A stretch of DNA of 64,000 bases, taken from positions 25,690-89,689 of the forward strand of contig JASHRJ010000036.1 in the NCBI GenBank assembly GCA_030037395.1, given 5' to 3'. Positions 47,903 to 57,674 of this stretch are shown here, in pieces (position 1 is the first letter of the stretch; each line of letters begins with the position of its first letter). Source of the DNA: Thermoplasmata archaeon. GTDB taxonomy: Archaea; Thermoplasmatota; Thermoplasmata; Lutacidiplasmatales; UBA184. The position numbers were made by a program, and so were the translations under genes. The notes under the pieces are model-generated. The model was not told the origin of the DNA, did not search any database, and saw only the letters and a list, made by a program, of their open reading frames with translations.

Positions 47903-48967
47903 CTAGGTCCGACGGAGGAACCCGCGCGTGCCGGGGTATCGGTGCGGGCGTAGGGCTCTCCTCGGGCGGCCCCCCTCGCCGGCGGGCGGGAGTCCGCCGG
48001 AGCTCCGATACCCTTCGCCGGAGAGCTCGAGCAGCGTGAGCGCCGCCAGGACGAGGGCGAGGCCGGCGAGCTCGGGGACGCGGAACGCCTCCCCGAACGC
48101 GACGACCCCGGCGGCCAGCGCTACCACCGGGTTGACGAACGTCACGAGGTTCGCGGAGACGGGGCCGGACCGTCGGATCATCTCGAAGAAGAGCCCGTAG
48201 CCGAGCGCCATCGAGGCGAGACCGACATACAGCACGGACCCCACGACCGCGAGGCCGACAGGGGCCCGGATCGGGACGATCCCAAGGGCGCCGGCGGTCG
48301 CGACCGTCACCAGCGAGACGGCGCCCGCGCCGGCGAACTGGCACGTCTGGCCCCAGCGCCCCTCCCCCGCCGGCCGAAGCCGGCCGACCAGCACGGCACC
48401 GGTTCCCTGGCAGACCGCTCCGAGCGCGAACGCCCCGAGCACCCACGGGTCGGAGACCGGGCCTCCGCCCCCGGCGCCCACGCTGAGCGCCAGGACGCCC
48501 CCCAGGCCCGCGGCGAGGGCGGCGATCTGGGCGGCGCGAGGGGGACCCCCGTGCCGAAGCAGGAGGAGCCAGCCGAAGCTGATCGCGGGCGAGGTCGCGT
48601 ACACGATCGATGCCGCGCCGCCGGTGGCGAGCCGCTCCCCCCAGAACAGCGGGAGGTTGATCCCGCCGATCATCAGCGCCCCCAACGCGGCGGAGACGGC
48701 CAGACGGCGGGCCGGCGGGCGCGCCTCGCGGGAGGTCACGGCGAACGGGAGGGAGACGGCGGCCGCCAAGAGCCCGTCCAGGGCGACGAGGAGGAACGGG
48801 TCCGTGCCCGAGACGATCCCGAGCCGGGCGATCGGGAAGGTAAGCCCCCAGACGACCCCCAGCGTCCCGAGGAGACCCAGGCGGACCGCCCGCCCCCGGA
48901 CCGTCGTCGCGGCGACCGCGCCCACGCACCGGTTCCGGCGTCGGCACCACTTCAGCGCTCGGTACAC
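47903..48967 (-). CDS. EamA/DMT family transporter
   Basis: VWGLTF, two 5-TM repeats, FVNPVVA..FGE; start uncertain. Confidence 0.85.
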   Translation of the reverse strand: MYRALKWCRRRNRCVGAVAATTVRGRAVRLGLLGTLGVVWGLTFPIARLGIVSGTDPFLLVALDGLLAAAVSLPFAVTSREARPPARRLAVSAALGALMIGGINLPLFWGERLATGGAASIVYATSPAISFGWLLLLRHGGPPRAAQIAALAAGLGGVLALSVGAGGGGPVSDPWVLGAFALGAVCQGTGAVLVGRLRPAGEGRWGQTCQFAGAGAVSLVTVATAGALGIVPIRAPVGLAVVGSVLYVGLASMALGYGLFFEMIRRSGPVSANLVTFVNPVVALAAGVVAFGEAFRVPELAGLALVLAALTLLELSGEGYRSSGGLPPAGEGGRPRRALRPHRYPGTRGFLRRT

Positions 48968-49021
48968 CGGGGTTGACCCGCCACCGCGGCCGCACCCGCC
49001 GCCGCGGCGGCGCCCGCCGCC

Positions 49022-49759
49022 CTACCGAAGGAGGCGTAGGCGTTCGAGCCCCTCGCTGGCGGCCGCGAACGACCGCGCGGAGTACCGGCCAAGCCGCTCG
49101 GCCCGGTCGCGGTCGAGCAGAAGGGCCGGATGCCTCCAGTGGAGCGCCACCTCCGCGCCGGGCCGGAGCCCCGGGAGGATCCTCGGGTCGTACGGCAGCG
49201 TCTCGACGCGGCGGCCGGTGAGTACCAACCGGCCGCCGTCGAGCGACAGCTCCGGGTGCTCCACGTCGAGCGTCCCGGCCTGGACGCGAGAGACGGAGGC
49301 CCGCGCGGGCCGGCACTGCTCCATGTTCGCCAGGGTCGTTGCCACGTGGCCGGTCACCTCGCCCACCCCGACGAAGCTGACGTGGAAGGCATGGTGCGGA
49401 ATCGGATCGGACGGAAGGTGGGCCGCGAGACGCTCGGCGGTGGCGCGCGGAAGGCCGCGCCGGCTCAGGGCGGCGAGGATCGCCCGGAAGTCGTCGGGGG
49501 CGAACGCGTCCAGGAGCCGGTTCCCGATCCAGTACGCCTCGACGACCTGCCGGTCGAACGGGTCGAGATCGTGCTTCGCACCGATCGCCTCTAGGTAGGG
49601 GAACAGCGCTTCGAACCGCTCGAGCGCCGCGCGGGCCGGCCCGAGGTCGGTTCCCTCCGTGATCGCCCGGTAGAGCGTCGGCTCGGCGTCGGCCGGACCG
49701 CAGAAGTTGAGCCGGTTGGTCGCGAGGCTGAACCGTGCGCCGAGCGCGACCCCGTCCAT
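49022..49759 (-). CDS. DUF6390-like hydrogenase-associated protein
   Basis: NRLNFCGP, PYLEAI, DPFD.QVVEAYWIGN, PHHAFHV, C, VALHW. Confidence 0.78.
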   Translation of the reverse strand: MDGVALGARFSLATNRLNFCGPADAEPTLYRAITEGTDLGPARAALERFEALFPYLEAIGAKHDLDPFDRQVVEAYWIGNRLLDAFAPDDFRAILAALSRRGLPRATAERLAAHLPSDPIPHHAFHVSFVGVGEVTGHVATTLANMEQCRPARASVSRVQAGTLDVEHPELSLDGGRLVLTGRRVETLPYDPRILPGLRPGAEVALHWRHPALLLDRDRAERLGRYSARSFAAASEGLERLRLLR

Positions 49760-49760
49760 C

Positions 49761-50720
49761 TCAGGCAGCCGACGCGGTTGGGCGCACGAGGCGTGCCAAT
49801 AGCTCCCAGGTGTCCTGGAGCTGCGCGAGCCCGATCACCACGCCGACGCCGGCGACCACCGCGAGGGCGCCGAGCGCCTGCGCGATCGTCAAGCCATGCC
49901 CCTGGACCCAGAGCCCGAGCGCGGAGGTCACCGGGAACCCGAGGACAAGGGCCGCGGTCGCCACGCTCAGGTCGACCCGCTTGAGGCCAGCGTACCAGGT
50001 CGCCACGAACGCCGCCAGGAGGGCCGCGCTGATCGCGATCCAGGTCCAGTCCGCAGGGGAGAAGGCGGCGACGGCCCCCCCCTGCGAGGTGAGCCCGAGG
50101 TAAGCGAGGAGGAACACGGCGCCGAAGCCCATCCGGCCGAGCGCGACCGTCGCCGACGGCAGGTCCCGGAGGGTGGCCTTCGAGATCGTGTACTCGACGG
50201 CCCAGAGACCGGTCGCGGCGAGGACGTAGGCGGTGCCGTCGGTCCAGATCGGGCCGGTAAGCGTCAGGAGGAAGGCGTTCCCCGCGAGGAGCAGCGCCGC
50301 CCCGATCACCACGCGCCCGTGGAGCCGTTCTCGGAGGACGACGAACCCGAGCACCGTGGCCCAGAGGAAGAGGGTCCGGTAGCCGAACGCGGCGCCGGTG
50401 GCGCCGCCAGCCGCGGTGGCGAGCTGCAGCCCCCGGAAGAACAAGAGGAACGGGATCCCGCCCCCGACCACGCCGATCACCCCGAGCCGGAGCCAGTCCT
50501 GGCGCCGGAGCGCCGGCGAGCGGAGGTGGCGGGCGGCCACGAGCGCGACCGGGACGAAGGCGGCGGCGACGACCGCGTTGCGCACCGTCACGAACGCGTC
50601 CGAGCTGGTGCCGACGACCGCGTAGGCGTTGACGAACGTGGAGACGCCGCTGATCACGGCGGTGACGAGCACCAGGAGGATGCCCGCGCCGACCCACGAG
50701 GCGCCCGACGTCTCGGCCAC
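49761..50720 (-). CDS. EamA/DMT family transporter
   Basis: TAVISGVSTFVN, IPFLLFFRGL, LRERL, WYAGLK. Confidence 0.88.
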   Translation of the reverse strand: MAETSGASWVGAGILLVLVTAVISGVSTFVNAYAVVGTSSDAFVTVRNAVVAAAFVPVALVAARHLRSPALRRQDWLRLGVIGVVGGGIPFLLFFRGLQLATAAGGATGAAFGYRTLFLWATVLGFVVLRERLHGRVVIGAALLLAGNAFLLTLTGPIWTDGTAYVLAATGLWAVEYTISKATLRDLPSATVALGRMGFGAVFLLAYLGLTSQGGAVAAFSPADWTWIAISAALLAAFVATWYAGLKRVDLSVATAALVLGFPVTSALGLWVQGHGLTIAQALGALAVVAGVGVVIGLAQLQDTWELLARLVRPTASAA

Positions 50721-50724
50721 CGGC

Positions 50725-50997
50725 TCACCGTCCGCGGGCGGTCGGTACGGCGGCCGCGGGCTGCCGGGCGAGCTCCGACAGCTCGGCGTGGAGCGCGACC
50801 GCCTCCCGGGCTTCCTCCGGCTCGAGCCGGCGGAGGGCGATCCCCGCCTGCACCGTCACGTAATCTCCGACGGCGACCTCGGGAAGGAACACCAGGTTGG
50901 CCGGTCGCACGACCTGTCCAAAGTCAACGCGCGCCACGCGCGGGCCATCGGAGGACGTCTCGATCGCTACGATCCGTCCGGGCACGGTGAGGCACAT
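50725..50997 (-). CDS. hypC: HypC/HupF-family hydrogenase chaperone
   Basis: MCLTVPGRIV, ARVDFG, VGDYVTVQAG, EEAREA. Confidence 0.9.
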   Translation of the reverse strand: MCLTVPGRIVAIETSSDGPRVARVDFGQVVRPANLVFLPEVAVGDYVTVQAGIALRRLEPEEAREAVALHAELSELARQPAAAVPTARGR

Positions 50998-51054
50998 GAG
51001 AACGTCGCTCCCTTCGGACCGTCCCTCGGCGGGCTCCGGACGCGGCCGCGCCTC

Positions 51055-51378
51055 TTAACTCCCCCGTGAAACCGGCCTGCCTTGCGACGGGGGCCCGCCC
51101 TCTCGCGAGGGGGCCTCCTCGTCGGTCTCGACGCTCTCGAGCACCACCCCGGCGGCCCGGGGATCGGCCGCGTCCGTGGAGAGCCGGACCGTGAGCCGCG
51201 CCCCGGCGGCGATCGAGCCGGCCGTCGCGAGCTCCCACCGGCCCCGCAGCCAGGAAGGGGAGAGGTGCGAGAGCGCGCCGATCCACACCGAGACCCCGGT
51301 CACGCGACGGGCCCCGTGACGGCGGGCGACCTCGTCGATCTTTCGGAGGAGGTCCCGAAGCAACGCCTCCTCGTGCAT
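51055..51378 (-). CDS. hypA: HypA-like nickel metallochaperone lacking the Zn-binding CxxC motifs
   Basis: MHE N-terminus, V.V.IGALSHL, GARL; no cysteines. Confidence 0.8.
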   Translation of the reverse strand: MHEEALLRDLLRKIDEVARRHGARRVTGVSVWIGALSHLSPSWLRGRWELATAGSIAAGARLTVRLSTDAADPRAAGVVLESVETDEEAPSREGGPPSQGRPVSRGS

Positions 51379-51390
51379 CGCCGGCGTCCG

Positions 51391-51873
51391 TCAGGGGCTC
51401 GCGCGGTCGGCCAGGGCGAGGAGCACCGCCTGCACGGCGACGCCGAGGGCTCGAGCCACCGGGACGGAGAGCCCGTCCCGCAGGCCGAGGTCGTCGGCCT
51501 CGACCCCGACCACGGTCAGATGTCGCGGCATGCGTCCGACCGCCCGGCCCAGCGCCACCGCCTCCCGGAGCGAGAGCCCATGGGTGGAGGTGATCGCCGG
51601 GCCCTCGGGCAGGTCCGAGCTGCCGAGCTCTACGCGCCGCACCGTCCCCGGCGGCGACCCCGAGCGCACCGCGTCGACCACGACCACCGTCTCGCGGCCC
51701 ACCCAGAGATCGAGGAGCCCGCTCGCGTCGCCCGGCGCCTCTGCGACGTCAAACTCCCCCCGGGCTCGCGGGCGAAGGGCCCGGGCCACGTCCAGCCCGA
51801 TCCGATCGTCGCCCCGGTGCTCGGCCCCGAGGCCGATCACGAGCGCTCGCGGAGCCGGCGTCGTACCGACCAT
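51391..51873 (-). CDS. Hydrogenase maturation protease
   Basis: VIGLG..RGDDRIG, VVVDA, STHGLSL. Confidence 0.92.
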   Translation of the reverse strand: MVGTTPAPRALVIGLGAEHRGDDRIGLDVARALRPRARGEFDVAEAPGDASGLLDLWVGRETVVVVDAVRSGSPPGTVRRVELGSSDLPEGPAITSTHGLSLREAVALGRAVGRMPRHLTVVGVEADDLGLRDGLSVPVARALGVAVQAVLLALADRASP

Positions 51874-51880
51874 CGGGAGC

Positions 51881-53176
51881 CTACGACCGCTCGAGGTCGA
51901 GGCGGAGGAAGTGCGTCGCGCAGGAGATGCACGGATCGTGGTTGCGGATCGCGCGCTCGCACGCCGAGGTGAGCGCCGCCTCGTCCAGCCGGAGCGAACG
52001 CTCGACCAGGTGGCGCAGGTCGTCCTCGATCCGGCCTTGGTTCTGGGAGGTCGGCGCGACGATCCTCGCCTCGCCGATCGCCCCGCCGGCGTCGAGGCGA
52101 TAGCGGTGGTACAGCATTCCCCGGGGCGCTTCCGTGATCGCGCAGCCGCTCGCGGCCGGGAGAGGGTCGGGCGGCGGGGTGGAGGGGGGATCCGGCGGTC
52201 GGTAGCCGTCCACGAGGCGCAGCGCCTCCTCGCAGGCGAGCACCACCTCGACCGCGCGCACGACGATGCTGCGGTACGGGTTGCGGACCGGCCGCTCGAG
52301 CCCCGCCGCTTCCGCCGCGGCGCGCGCCCGGGGGGTGAGGCGGTCGGCGTTCAGCGCGTAGCGGGCGAGGGGCCCGACCAGGTACGATCCTCCGCCCTTG
52401 CGAACGGCGTGGAGGGCGTTGGAGTACGGCGCTTGCACCTCCTCGAACTCCTGCTCGAAGGAGGCGACCGGGATCCGGAGCCCCCGGCTCGAGACGACCT
52501 CCCCCTCGTTCATCGGATACTCCCGGTCCGAACGGAGCGCGACGAACTCGTAGTCCTCCTCCAGGTCGGGGAACGTCAGCCCGGCGGCGAAGGCGACGGT
52601 CTCCTCCGCGAGGCCGAGCGCCTCCTGCAGCTCGGGCCGGAGGGCGAGGAGCTCGTCGGGCGTCGGGGCCCGGTAGAACCCTCCTACGCGCACGTTGATG
52701 GGATGGACCTCCCGCCCCCCGACGACGGACATCAGCCGGTTGCCGGCCCTCTTCAGCGCCAGACCCCGGCGGACCGCCTCCGGGTGGTCCTTGGCCAGGC
52801 GCACGGCGTCCGGATAGCCGAGGAAGTCCGGGGCATGCAGGAGGTAGATGTGGAGCGCGTGGCTTTCGATCCACTCGCCGCAGTAGAGCAATCGACGCAG
52901 CGCGCGGGTCGGCGCGTCGACCCCGATTCCGTACGCGTTCTCGATCGCGTGGCAGGAGCTCATCTGGTAAGCGACCGGGCAGATCCCGCAGATGCGGGCG
53001 GTGATGTCCGGTGCCTCGGCGTACGACCGGCCGCGGAGGAACGCCTCGAAGAACCGGGGCGGCTCAAAGATCCGCAGCTGCACCTCCTCGACCCGGTCGT
53101 CCCGGATGCGGACCTTGAGGGCTCCCTCGCCCTCGACCCGGGCGAGGTAGTCGACGGCGATCGTCCGTTCCGGCAT
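51881..53176 (-). CDS. hydA: Group 3b [NiFe]-hydrogenase large (alpha) subunit
   Basis: [18 protein letters not shown]1 [19 protein letters not shown]2 DPCISCATH plus a cleavable tail. Confidence 0.95.
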   Translation of the reverse strand: MPERTIAVDYLARVEGEGALKVRIRDDRVEEVQLRIFEPPRFFEAFLRGRSYAEAPDITARICGICPVAYQMSSCHAIENAYGIGVDAPTRALRRLLYCGEWIESHALHIYLLHAPDFLGYPDAVRLAKDHPEAVRRGLALKRAGNRLMSVVGGREVHPINVRVGGFYRAPTPDELLALRPELQEALGLAEETVAFAAGLTFPDLEEDYEFVALRSDREYPMNEGEVVSSRGLRIPVASFEQEFEEVQAPYSNALHAVRKGGGSYLVGPLARYALNADRLTPRARAAAEAAGLERPVRNPYRSIVVRAVEVVLACEEALRLVDGYRPPDPPSTPPPDPLPAASGCAITEAPRGMLYHRYRLDAGGAIGEARIVAPTSQNQGRIEDDLRHLVERSLRLDEAALTSACERAIRNHDPCISCATHFLRLDLERS

Positions 53177-53971
53177 CTATTTCGTCTCGGCGGCCCCGCC
53201 CGCCGCCTCCGCCGCCTGGCGGAACGCCGGCGCGAGCGCGTTGAAGGTGCGGAAGATCTGGGCCTGGCGCGCCGGCGCGACGCCGAGGGCGTCCAAGTGC
53301 GTGAGCATCGACGGGACGTTCGGGCTTCCCTGCGGGCCGAAGCAGCCGTAGCAGCCGCGGTGGTACGCCGGACAGATCGCCCCGCAGCCGGCCTGCGTCA
53401 CCGGGCCGAGGCACGGCGTGCCCCGCGCGACGACGACGCAGACGTTCCCCCGACGCTTGCACTCGATGCACACGCTTTCGCTCGGCAGGTTCGGCGCCCG
53501 CCCCCCGAGGAAGGCGCTCAGCACCTCGAGGAGCTGCCCCTTGGAGATCGGGCAGCCCCGGAGCTCGAAGTCGACCGGGACGTGGGCGGCGATCGGCGTG
53601 GAGGTCGCCAGGCTCTGGATGTACTCGGGCCGCGCGTACACCGCCTTACGGAACTCGTCGACATCCCCGAAGTTCTTCAGCGCCTGGATCCCGCCGGCCG
53701 TCGCGCACGCCCCGATCGTCACCAGGACCCGGGACTGCGCACGGACCTCCTTGATCCGGCGGGCGTCCTCCGCGGTCGTGACCGACCCCTCGACCAGCGA
53801 GAGGTCGTACGGGCCGTCGGCCACCGCGCTCGACGCCTCGCGGAAATTCGCGATGTCGACCTTTTCGGCGAGCGCCAGCAGCTCGTCCTCACAGTCCAGG
53901 ACCGACAGCTGGCAGCCGTCGCACGACGCGAACTTCCAGACGGCGAGCCGAGGCCGGGCGACGGGCGCCAT
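53177..53971 (-). CDS. hydD: Group 3b hydrogenase small (delta) subunit
   Basis: [26 protein letters not shown]...CP, CYGCFG; ATG at 53971. Confidence 0.93.
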   Translation of the reverse strand: MAPVARPRLAVWKFASCDGCQLSVLDCEDELLALAEKVDIANFREASSAVADGPYDLSLVEGSVTTAEDARRIKEVRAQSRVLVTIGACATAGGIQALKNFGDVDEFRKAVYARPEYIQSLATSTPIAAHVPVDFELRGCPISKGQLLEVLSAFLGGRAPNLPSESVCIECKRRGNVCVVVARGTPCLGPVTQAGCGAICPAYHRGCYGCFGPQGSPNVPSMLTHLDALGVAPARQAQIFRTFNALAPAFRQAAEAAGGAAETK

Positions 53972-53973
53972 CG

Positions 53974-54840
53974 CTACAGCTCCCGGAGCGGCAACAGCTT
54001 GGCGAGCGACGAGTACGGGAGGACGGGCCCATCCCGGCAGACGAACGAAGGCCCGTACTGGCAGTGCCCGCAGAGCCCGATCGCGCACTTCATGTTCCGC
54101 TCCATCGAGACCCACGTCGCTTCCGGCGCGACGCCGCGCGCCACCAGCGCCTGCGCCGTGAGCCGCATCATGATCTCGGGGCCGCAGACGAAGGCGGTCG
54201 TCCGGGACGGCTCGAACCGGGCGTCCGGCAGCCGGGTCGTGACGACCCCTACGTCGCCGTACCACTCTCGGCCGGCGGCGTCGACGGTGACCTGGAGCCG
54301 GAGGTCGCGGCGACGCCTCCATCCCTGGATCTCCTCGTAGTAGACGAGGTCCTTCGGCGTACGCGCCCCGTAGACGATCTCGAGCCGCCCGTACGCTTCG
54401 CGCTGCTGAAGGAGCCGGTAGATCGCCGGTCTCAACGGCGGCAGGCCGAGCCCCCCCGCGACGACGACAATGTCCCGGTCCCGGGCCTCCGCGACCGGCC
54501 AGCCGTGACCGTAGGGCCCCCGGACCCCGACCGTGTCGCCCGGCGTGAGGCGGGTTAGGGCGGCGGTGACCCGACCGACGTTCCGGACGGTGTGGACCAG
54601 CAGGCCGTCCGGACCGGTCCCGGCGACGCCGATCGGCGACTCGCCGATCCCGAAGGCGTACAACATCACGAACTGCCCGGGCTGCGGCGGCCCGATGCGC
54701 CGGGAGCCCCGGGGCTCGACCGTCAGGGTCACCGTGTCCGGGGTCTCGGCCGCGACCGCCCGGACCGCGTACGGGATCGGAGCGAACGGGTGGCCCTCGT
54801 CCGCGGGGTCCGCCGGCTCGGGAGGGGGCTCAGCGAGCAT
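53974..54840 (-). CDS. hydG: Group 3b hydrogenase gamma subunit (FAD/NAD(P)-binding, 2Fe-2S)
   Basis: [45 protein letters not shown] at 54840. Confidence 0.93.
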   Translation of the reverse strand: MLAEPPPEPADPADEGHPFAPIPYAVRAVAAETPDTVTLTVEPRGSRRIGPPQPGQFVMLYAFGIGESPIGVAGTGPDGLLVHTVRNVGRVTAALTRLTPGDTVGVRGPYGHGWPVAEARDRDIVVVAGGLGLPPLRPAIYRLLQQREAYGRLEIVYGARTPKDLVYYEEIQGWRRRRDLRLQVTVDAAGREWYGDVGVVTTRLPDARFEPSRTTAFVCGPEIMMRLTAQALVARGVAPEATWVSMERNMKCAIGLCGHCQYGPSFVCRDGPVLPYSSLAKLLPLREL

Positions 54841-55300
54841 GGAGATCGAGCAACTGGACGCGGGTGTTCTCGAGCCGGTCGGCGAGGACGGGCATGAAGC
54901 GGACGAGGAACAGGTAGCCCCAGGTCGGGTGGTGGGCGAGCGTCCGGCGGACGACCTCCCCCTGGAGGACAAGGGTCCGGGTCGCCTTGACCGCGCGGGC
55001 GTCGAAGCGCCAGCGATGCGGCGGGACCAACCACGACCATCCGAGGACCTCCCCAGCCCCGACCGTCTCGACCGTCAGGTGGGGCTGGTCCGCCGACCCG
55101 ATTTCGAGCGCGACCTTCCCGTCCGTTACGAGGTAGAACACCTCGGCCGGTGTCCCTTCGGTGGCGAGGCGTTCGTCGACCGCGAACCGGCGCTCGGTGG
55201 CCTGCTCCGCCACGGCGTGGACGAAGGCGGCGTCGAGCCCGCGGAACAGCGGGTGCTCCCCGATCGCCCGGACGACCTCGGGATCCGGCGCCGCGGTCAC
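54830..55300 (-). CDS. Cyclic nucleotide-binding domain protein (no HTH)
   Basis: HPLFRGL, EG.PA..FYLV..GKV, GEVLGWSW, FDARA, RLENTRVQLLDL; GTG at 55300. Confidence 0.88.
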   Translation of the reverse strand: MTAAPDPEVVRAIGEHPLFRGLDAAFVHAVAEQATERRFAVDERLATEGTPAEVFYLVTDGKVALEIGSADQPHLTVETVGAGEVLGWSWLVPPHRWRFDARAVKATRTLVLQGEVVRRTLAHHPTWGYLFLVRFMPVLADRLENTRVQLLDLHAR

Positions 55301-56454
55301 GGCTTCCCCTCCTTGCCGGCCGGCGGGGCCGGCGTGCGGAGGACCGCGATCTCCTCCGTGAGGTCGATCCCGACGGGGCACCAGGTGATGCAGCGTCCGC
55401 AGCCGATGCAGCCGGACATGCCGAACTGGTCGTGCCAGGTCCCGAGCTTGTGCGTCAGCCACTGGCGGTAACGCGACAGGCCACTCTTGCGGACCGGGGC
55501 GCCGTGGAGCTCGGTGAACCCGAGGTTGAAGCAGGAGTCCCATCGGCGCCAGCGCTCGACCTTCGTCCCCTCGAGGTCCGGGACCTCCTCGTGGGTGCTG
55601 CAGAAGCACGTCGGGCAGACCATCGTGCAGTTGGTGCAGGACAGGCACCGGGCGGCCACGATCTCCCACCGGGGGTGCTCGAGAGTCTCGCGGAGGAGCT
55701 CGGGGACCCCGCCAGGGTCCAGGCTTCGGTGCATCGAGCCGGCCGCCCGCGCGACGGTCGCCTCCGCCTGCCCCAGGTCGTCGGGGCTCGGGGCGCGGCC
55801 CGCCCCGCGGAGGCAGCGGAGCACGTCGGCGCCCGCCTCGGTCGAGGCCTGCAGCAAGAACCGGTGCGGCCCGGGCGCGAGGAGCTCGGTCAGGACGAGG
55901 TCCGCCCCGCCGCGCACGGCCGGGCCGGTCCCCATCGAAACACAGAAGCAGGTCCCACCGGCCTGGCCGCACTGGACGGCGATCCGCAGGATCCGCGCCC
56001 GCCGCGCCCGGTATCCCGGGTCGGAGACCGGACCTCCCGTGAACACCTTGTCGGTCACCGCGAGCCCGGCGAGCTCGCAGGCCCGCATGCCCAGCAACGC
56101 GAGCCGCGGACCCTCGGTCGGCTCGGGCTCGACGCGGAACGAGACGCCGTCGCGGGTCGCCGTCCACAGCCGTTCCCGCGCAGGAAACAGGAACTTCTTC
56201 CAGGTGAACGGGCCGACGTTATAACCGAAGAGCGCGCGGTCGCCCCGCGGCTCGAGGCGGTACCGTCCCGCCTCCTGCCGGTCCGTCCACCCTATCGGCA
56301 GGTCGTCGACCGACCGGAGGCGATCGTAGACGATCGCCCCATCCCGGACGGTGGGGCCCACGATCTCGTAGCCGCTCTCGCCCAGGGCCTCGAAAAGTTG
56401 GGGGAACTCCTCGCGCGACAGGACCCGGGATGACGCCGGCTCCAGCTCGGACAC
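55297..56454 (-). CDS. hydB: Group 3b hydrogenase beta subunit (4Fe-4S)
   Basis: RACEL, CFC, CLSCTNCTMVCPTCFC, WDSC, CIGCGRCITWCP. Confidence 0.93.
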   Translation of the reverse strand: MSELEPASSRVLSREEFPQLFEALGESGYEIVGPTVRDGAIVYDRLRSVDDLPIGWTDRQEAGRYRLEPRGDRALFGYNVGPFTWKKFLFPARERLWTATRDGVSFRVEPEPTEGPRLALLGMRACELAGLAVTDKVFTGGPVSDPGYRARRARILRIAVQCGQAGGTCFCVSMGTGPAVRGGADLVLTELLAPGPHRFLLQASTEAGADVLRCLRGAGRAPSPDDLGQAEATVARAAGSMHRSLDPGGVPELLRETLEHPRWEIVAARCLSCTNCTMVCPTCFCSTHEEVPDLEGTKVERWRRWDSCFNLGFTELHGAPVRKSGLSRYRQWLTHKLGTWHDQFGMSGCIGCGRCITWCPVGIDLTEEIAVLRTPAPPAGKEGKP

Positions 56455-56552
56455 GTGAGCGCTCCGCGGCCGTAGGAGCGAGGGGAGCGCTCGCTATGGC
56501 CTTGTTGGTGAAGCGAACTCCACGGGGCGGACCCGGGCGGCTTCGCCCCGCG

Positions 56553-57650
56553 CTAGGTCTTGCGGGGCCGGGCCCGCGGCGCCTTCGACCGCGGGGCGCG
56601 GGCGGAGGCGCGGACCGGCCGGGCCCGGGGGAAGGCAAGGTTGCCGTCGTCGTGCCCGGGCGGCAGGAACGTCGCGTCCGCGAGGAGGCGGACGGCCGCC
56701 TCCCCGCGGGGGGTCAGCGCGTACGTCTGCCCGTCGTGCCGTACGAGGCCGGCGTCGGTGAGGCGCCGGAGGTGGAACGCCATCTTCGGGGAGTCGTCGA
56801 GCTCTGCGGCGGCCATCGCGTCGCCGAACGTTCCCGGCGCCTCCCCGAACCGCTGCAGCGCCCGACGGCGGATCGGGTTCGCCAGCGCCTCGAGCGTGTC
56901 GTGGGTCTCGGCCGCGGCGACCGCCGCGCCGAGGGCGACCGCGGCGCTCGGGCCCACGCGCCGGGGGTTGAATCCCACCCGGAGGGGACCGTGGCCGACA
57001 AGCGTCGCCCGCATCCGGTCGAGCGCGGCGACGACGTCTTCGAGTCGGTGGTGCTCGAGCAGGCGCTCGATCCCGGCCACGACGATCGCTGCGTTCGGGT
57101 GCTCGGCGACGAACTGCTCCGTCGCCTCGGTGAGGGCGACCGGGCCGCTCGGATCGAGGGGGATCCCCCTGAGGTGCGGAACGTCGGCGGGGGCCTCCTC
57201 GCCGACGAACAGGACCTCGTGCAGACCGTCGCGCGCGAGCGCCCGCGCCTCGGCTACCGGGTCCCGCCGCGCCTCCTTCGGCGACTCGAACTCGTGCTCC
57301 TGAGCCGCGAGTCGGAGCGTCTCGCGGAGCTGCTCGATGCGGAACGGCTTTCGGACGTAGTCGAACGCTCCGGTCTTCATCGCGTCGAGCGCCGTCTCGA
57401 CGCTCGCGTAGCCCGTGACGACCACGACCAAGGTCCGGGGCCACCGCGCCCGGACCTCGCGGAGAAGCTCTAGGCCGCCTTGGCGGGGCATCTTGAGGTC
57501 GGTAAGGACCAGATCGAACCCGTCGTGGGAGAGGGCTTCCAGCGCCCTCCCCACCGAGGGGGCGACCAGGACCGTGTGGCCCTCGTCCGACAGGAGCTCG
57601 GCGAGCTCCTCGCGGAAGATCGCGTCGTCGTCGACCACGAGAAGTCGCAC
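56553..57650 (-). CDS. Response regulator: REC + DUF835-like + winged HTH
   Basis: VVDDD, TDLKMP, TGY, KPF; middle IVVAGIERLLEHH..VV; C-terminal LANPIRRRAL..KMAFHLRRL..GLV..YALTPRG. Confidence 0.85.
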   Translation of the reverse strand: MRLLVVDDDAIFREELAELLSDEGHTVLVAPSVGRALEALSHDGFDLVLTDLKMPRQGGLELLREVRARWPRTLVVVVTGYASVETALDAMKTGAFDYVRKPFRIEQLRETLRLAAQEHEFESPKEARRDPVAEARALARDGLHEVLFVGEEAPADVPHLRGIPLDPSGPVALTEATEQFVAEHPNAAIVVAGIERLLEHHRLEDVVAALDRMRATLVGHGPLRVGFNPRRVGPSAAVALGAAVAAAETHDTLEALANPIRRRALQRFGEAPGTFGDAMAAAELDDSPKMAFHLRRLTDAGLVRHDGQTYALTPRGEAAVRLLADATFLPPGHDDGNLAFPRARPVRASARAPRSKAPRARPRKT

Positions 57651-57674
57651 GCCGGCGCATCCGGCCCCGGCCAG

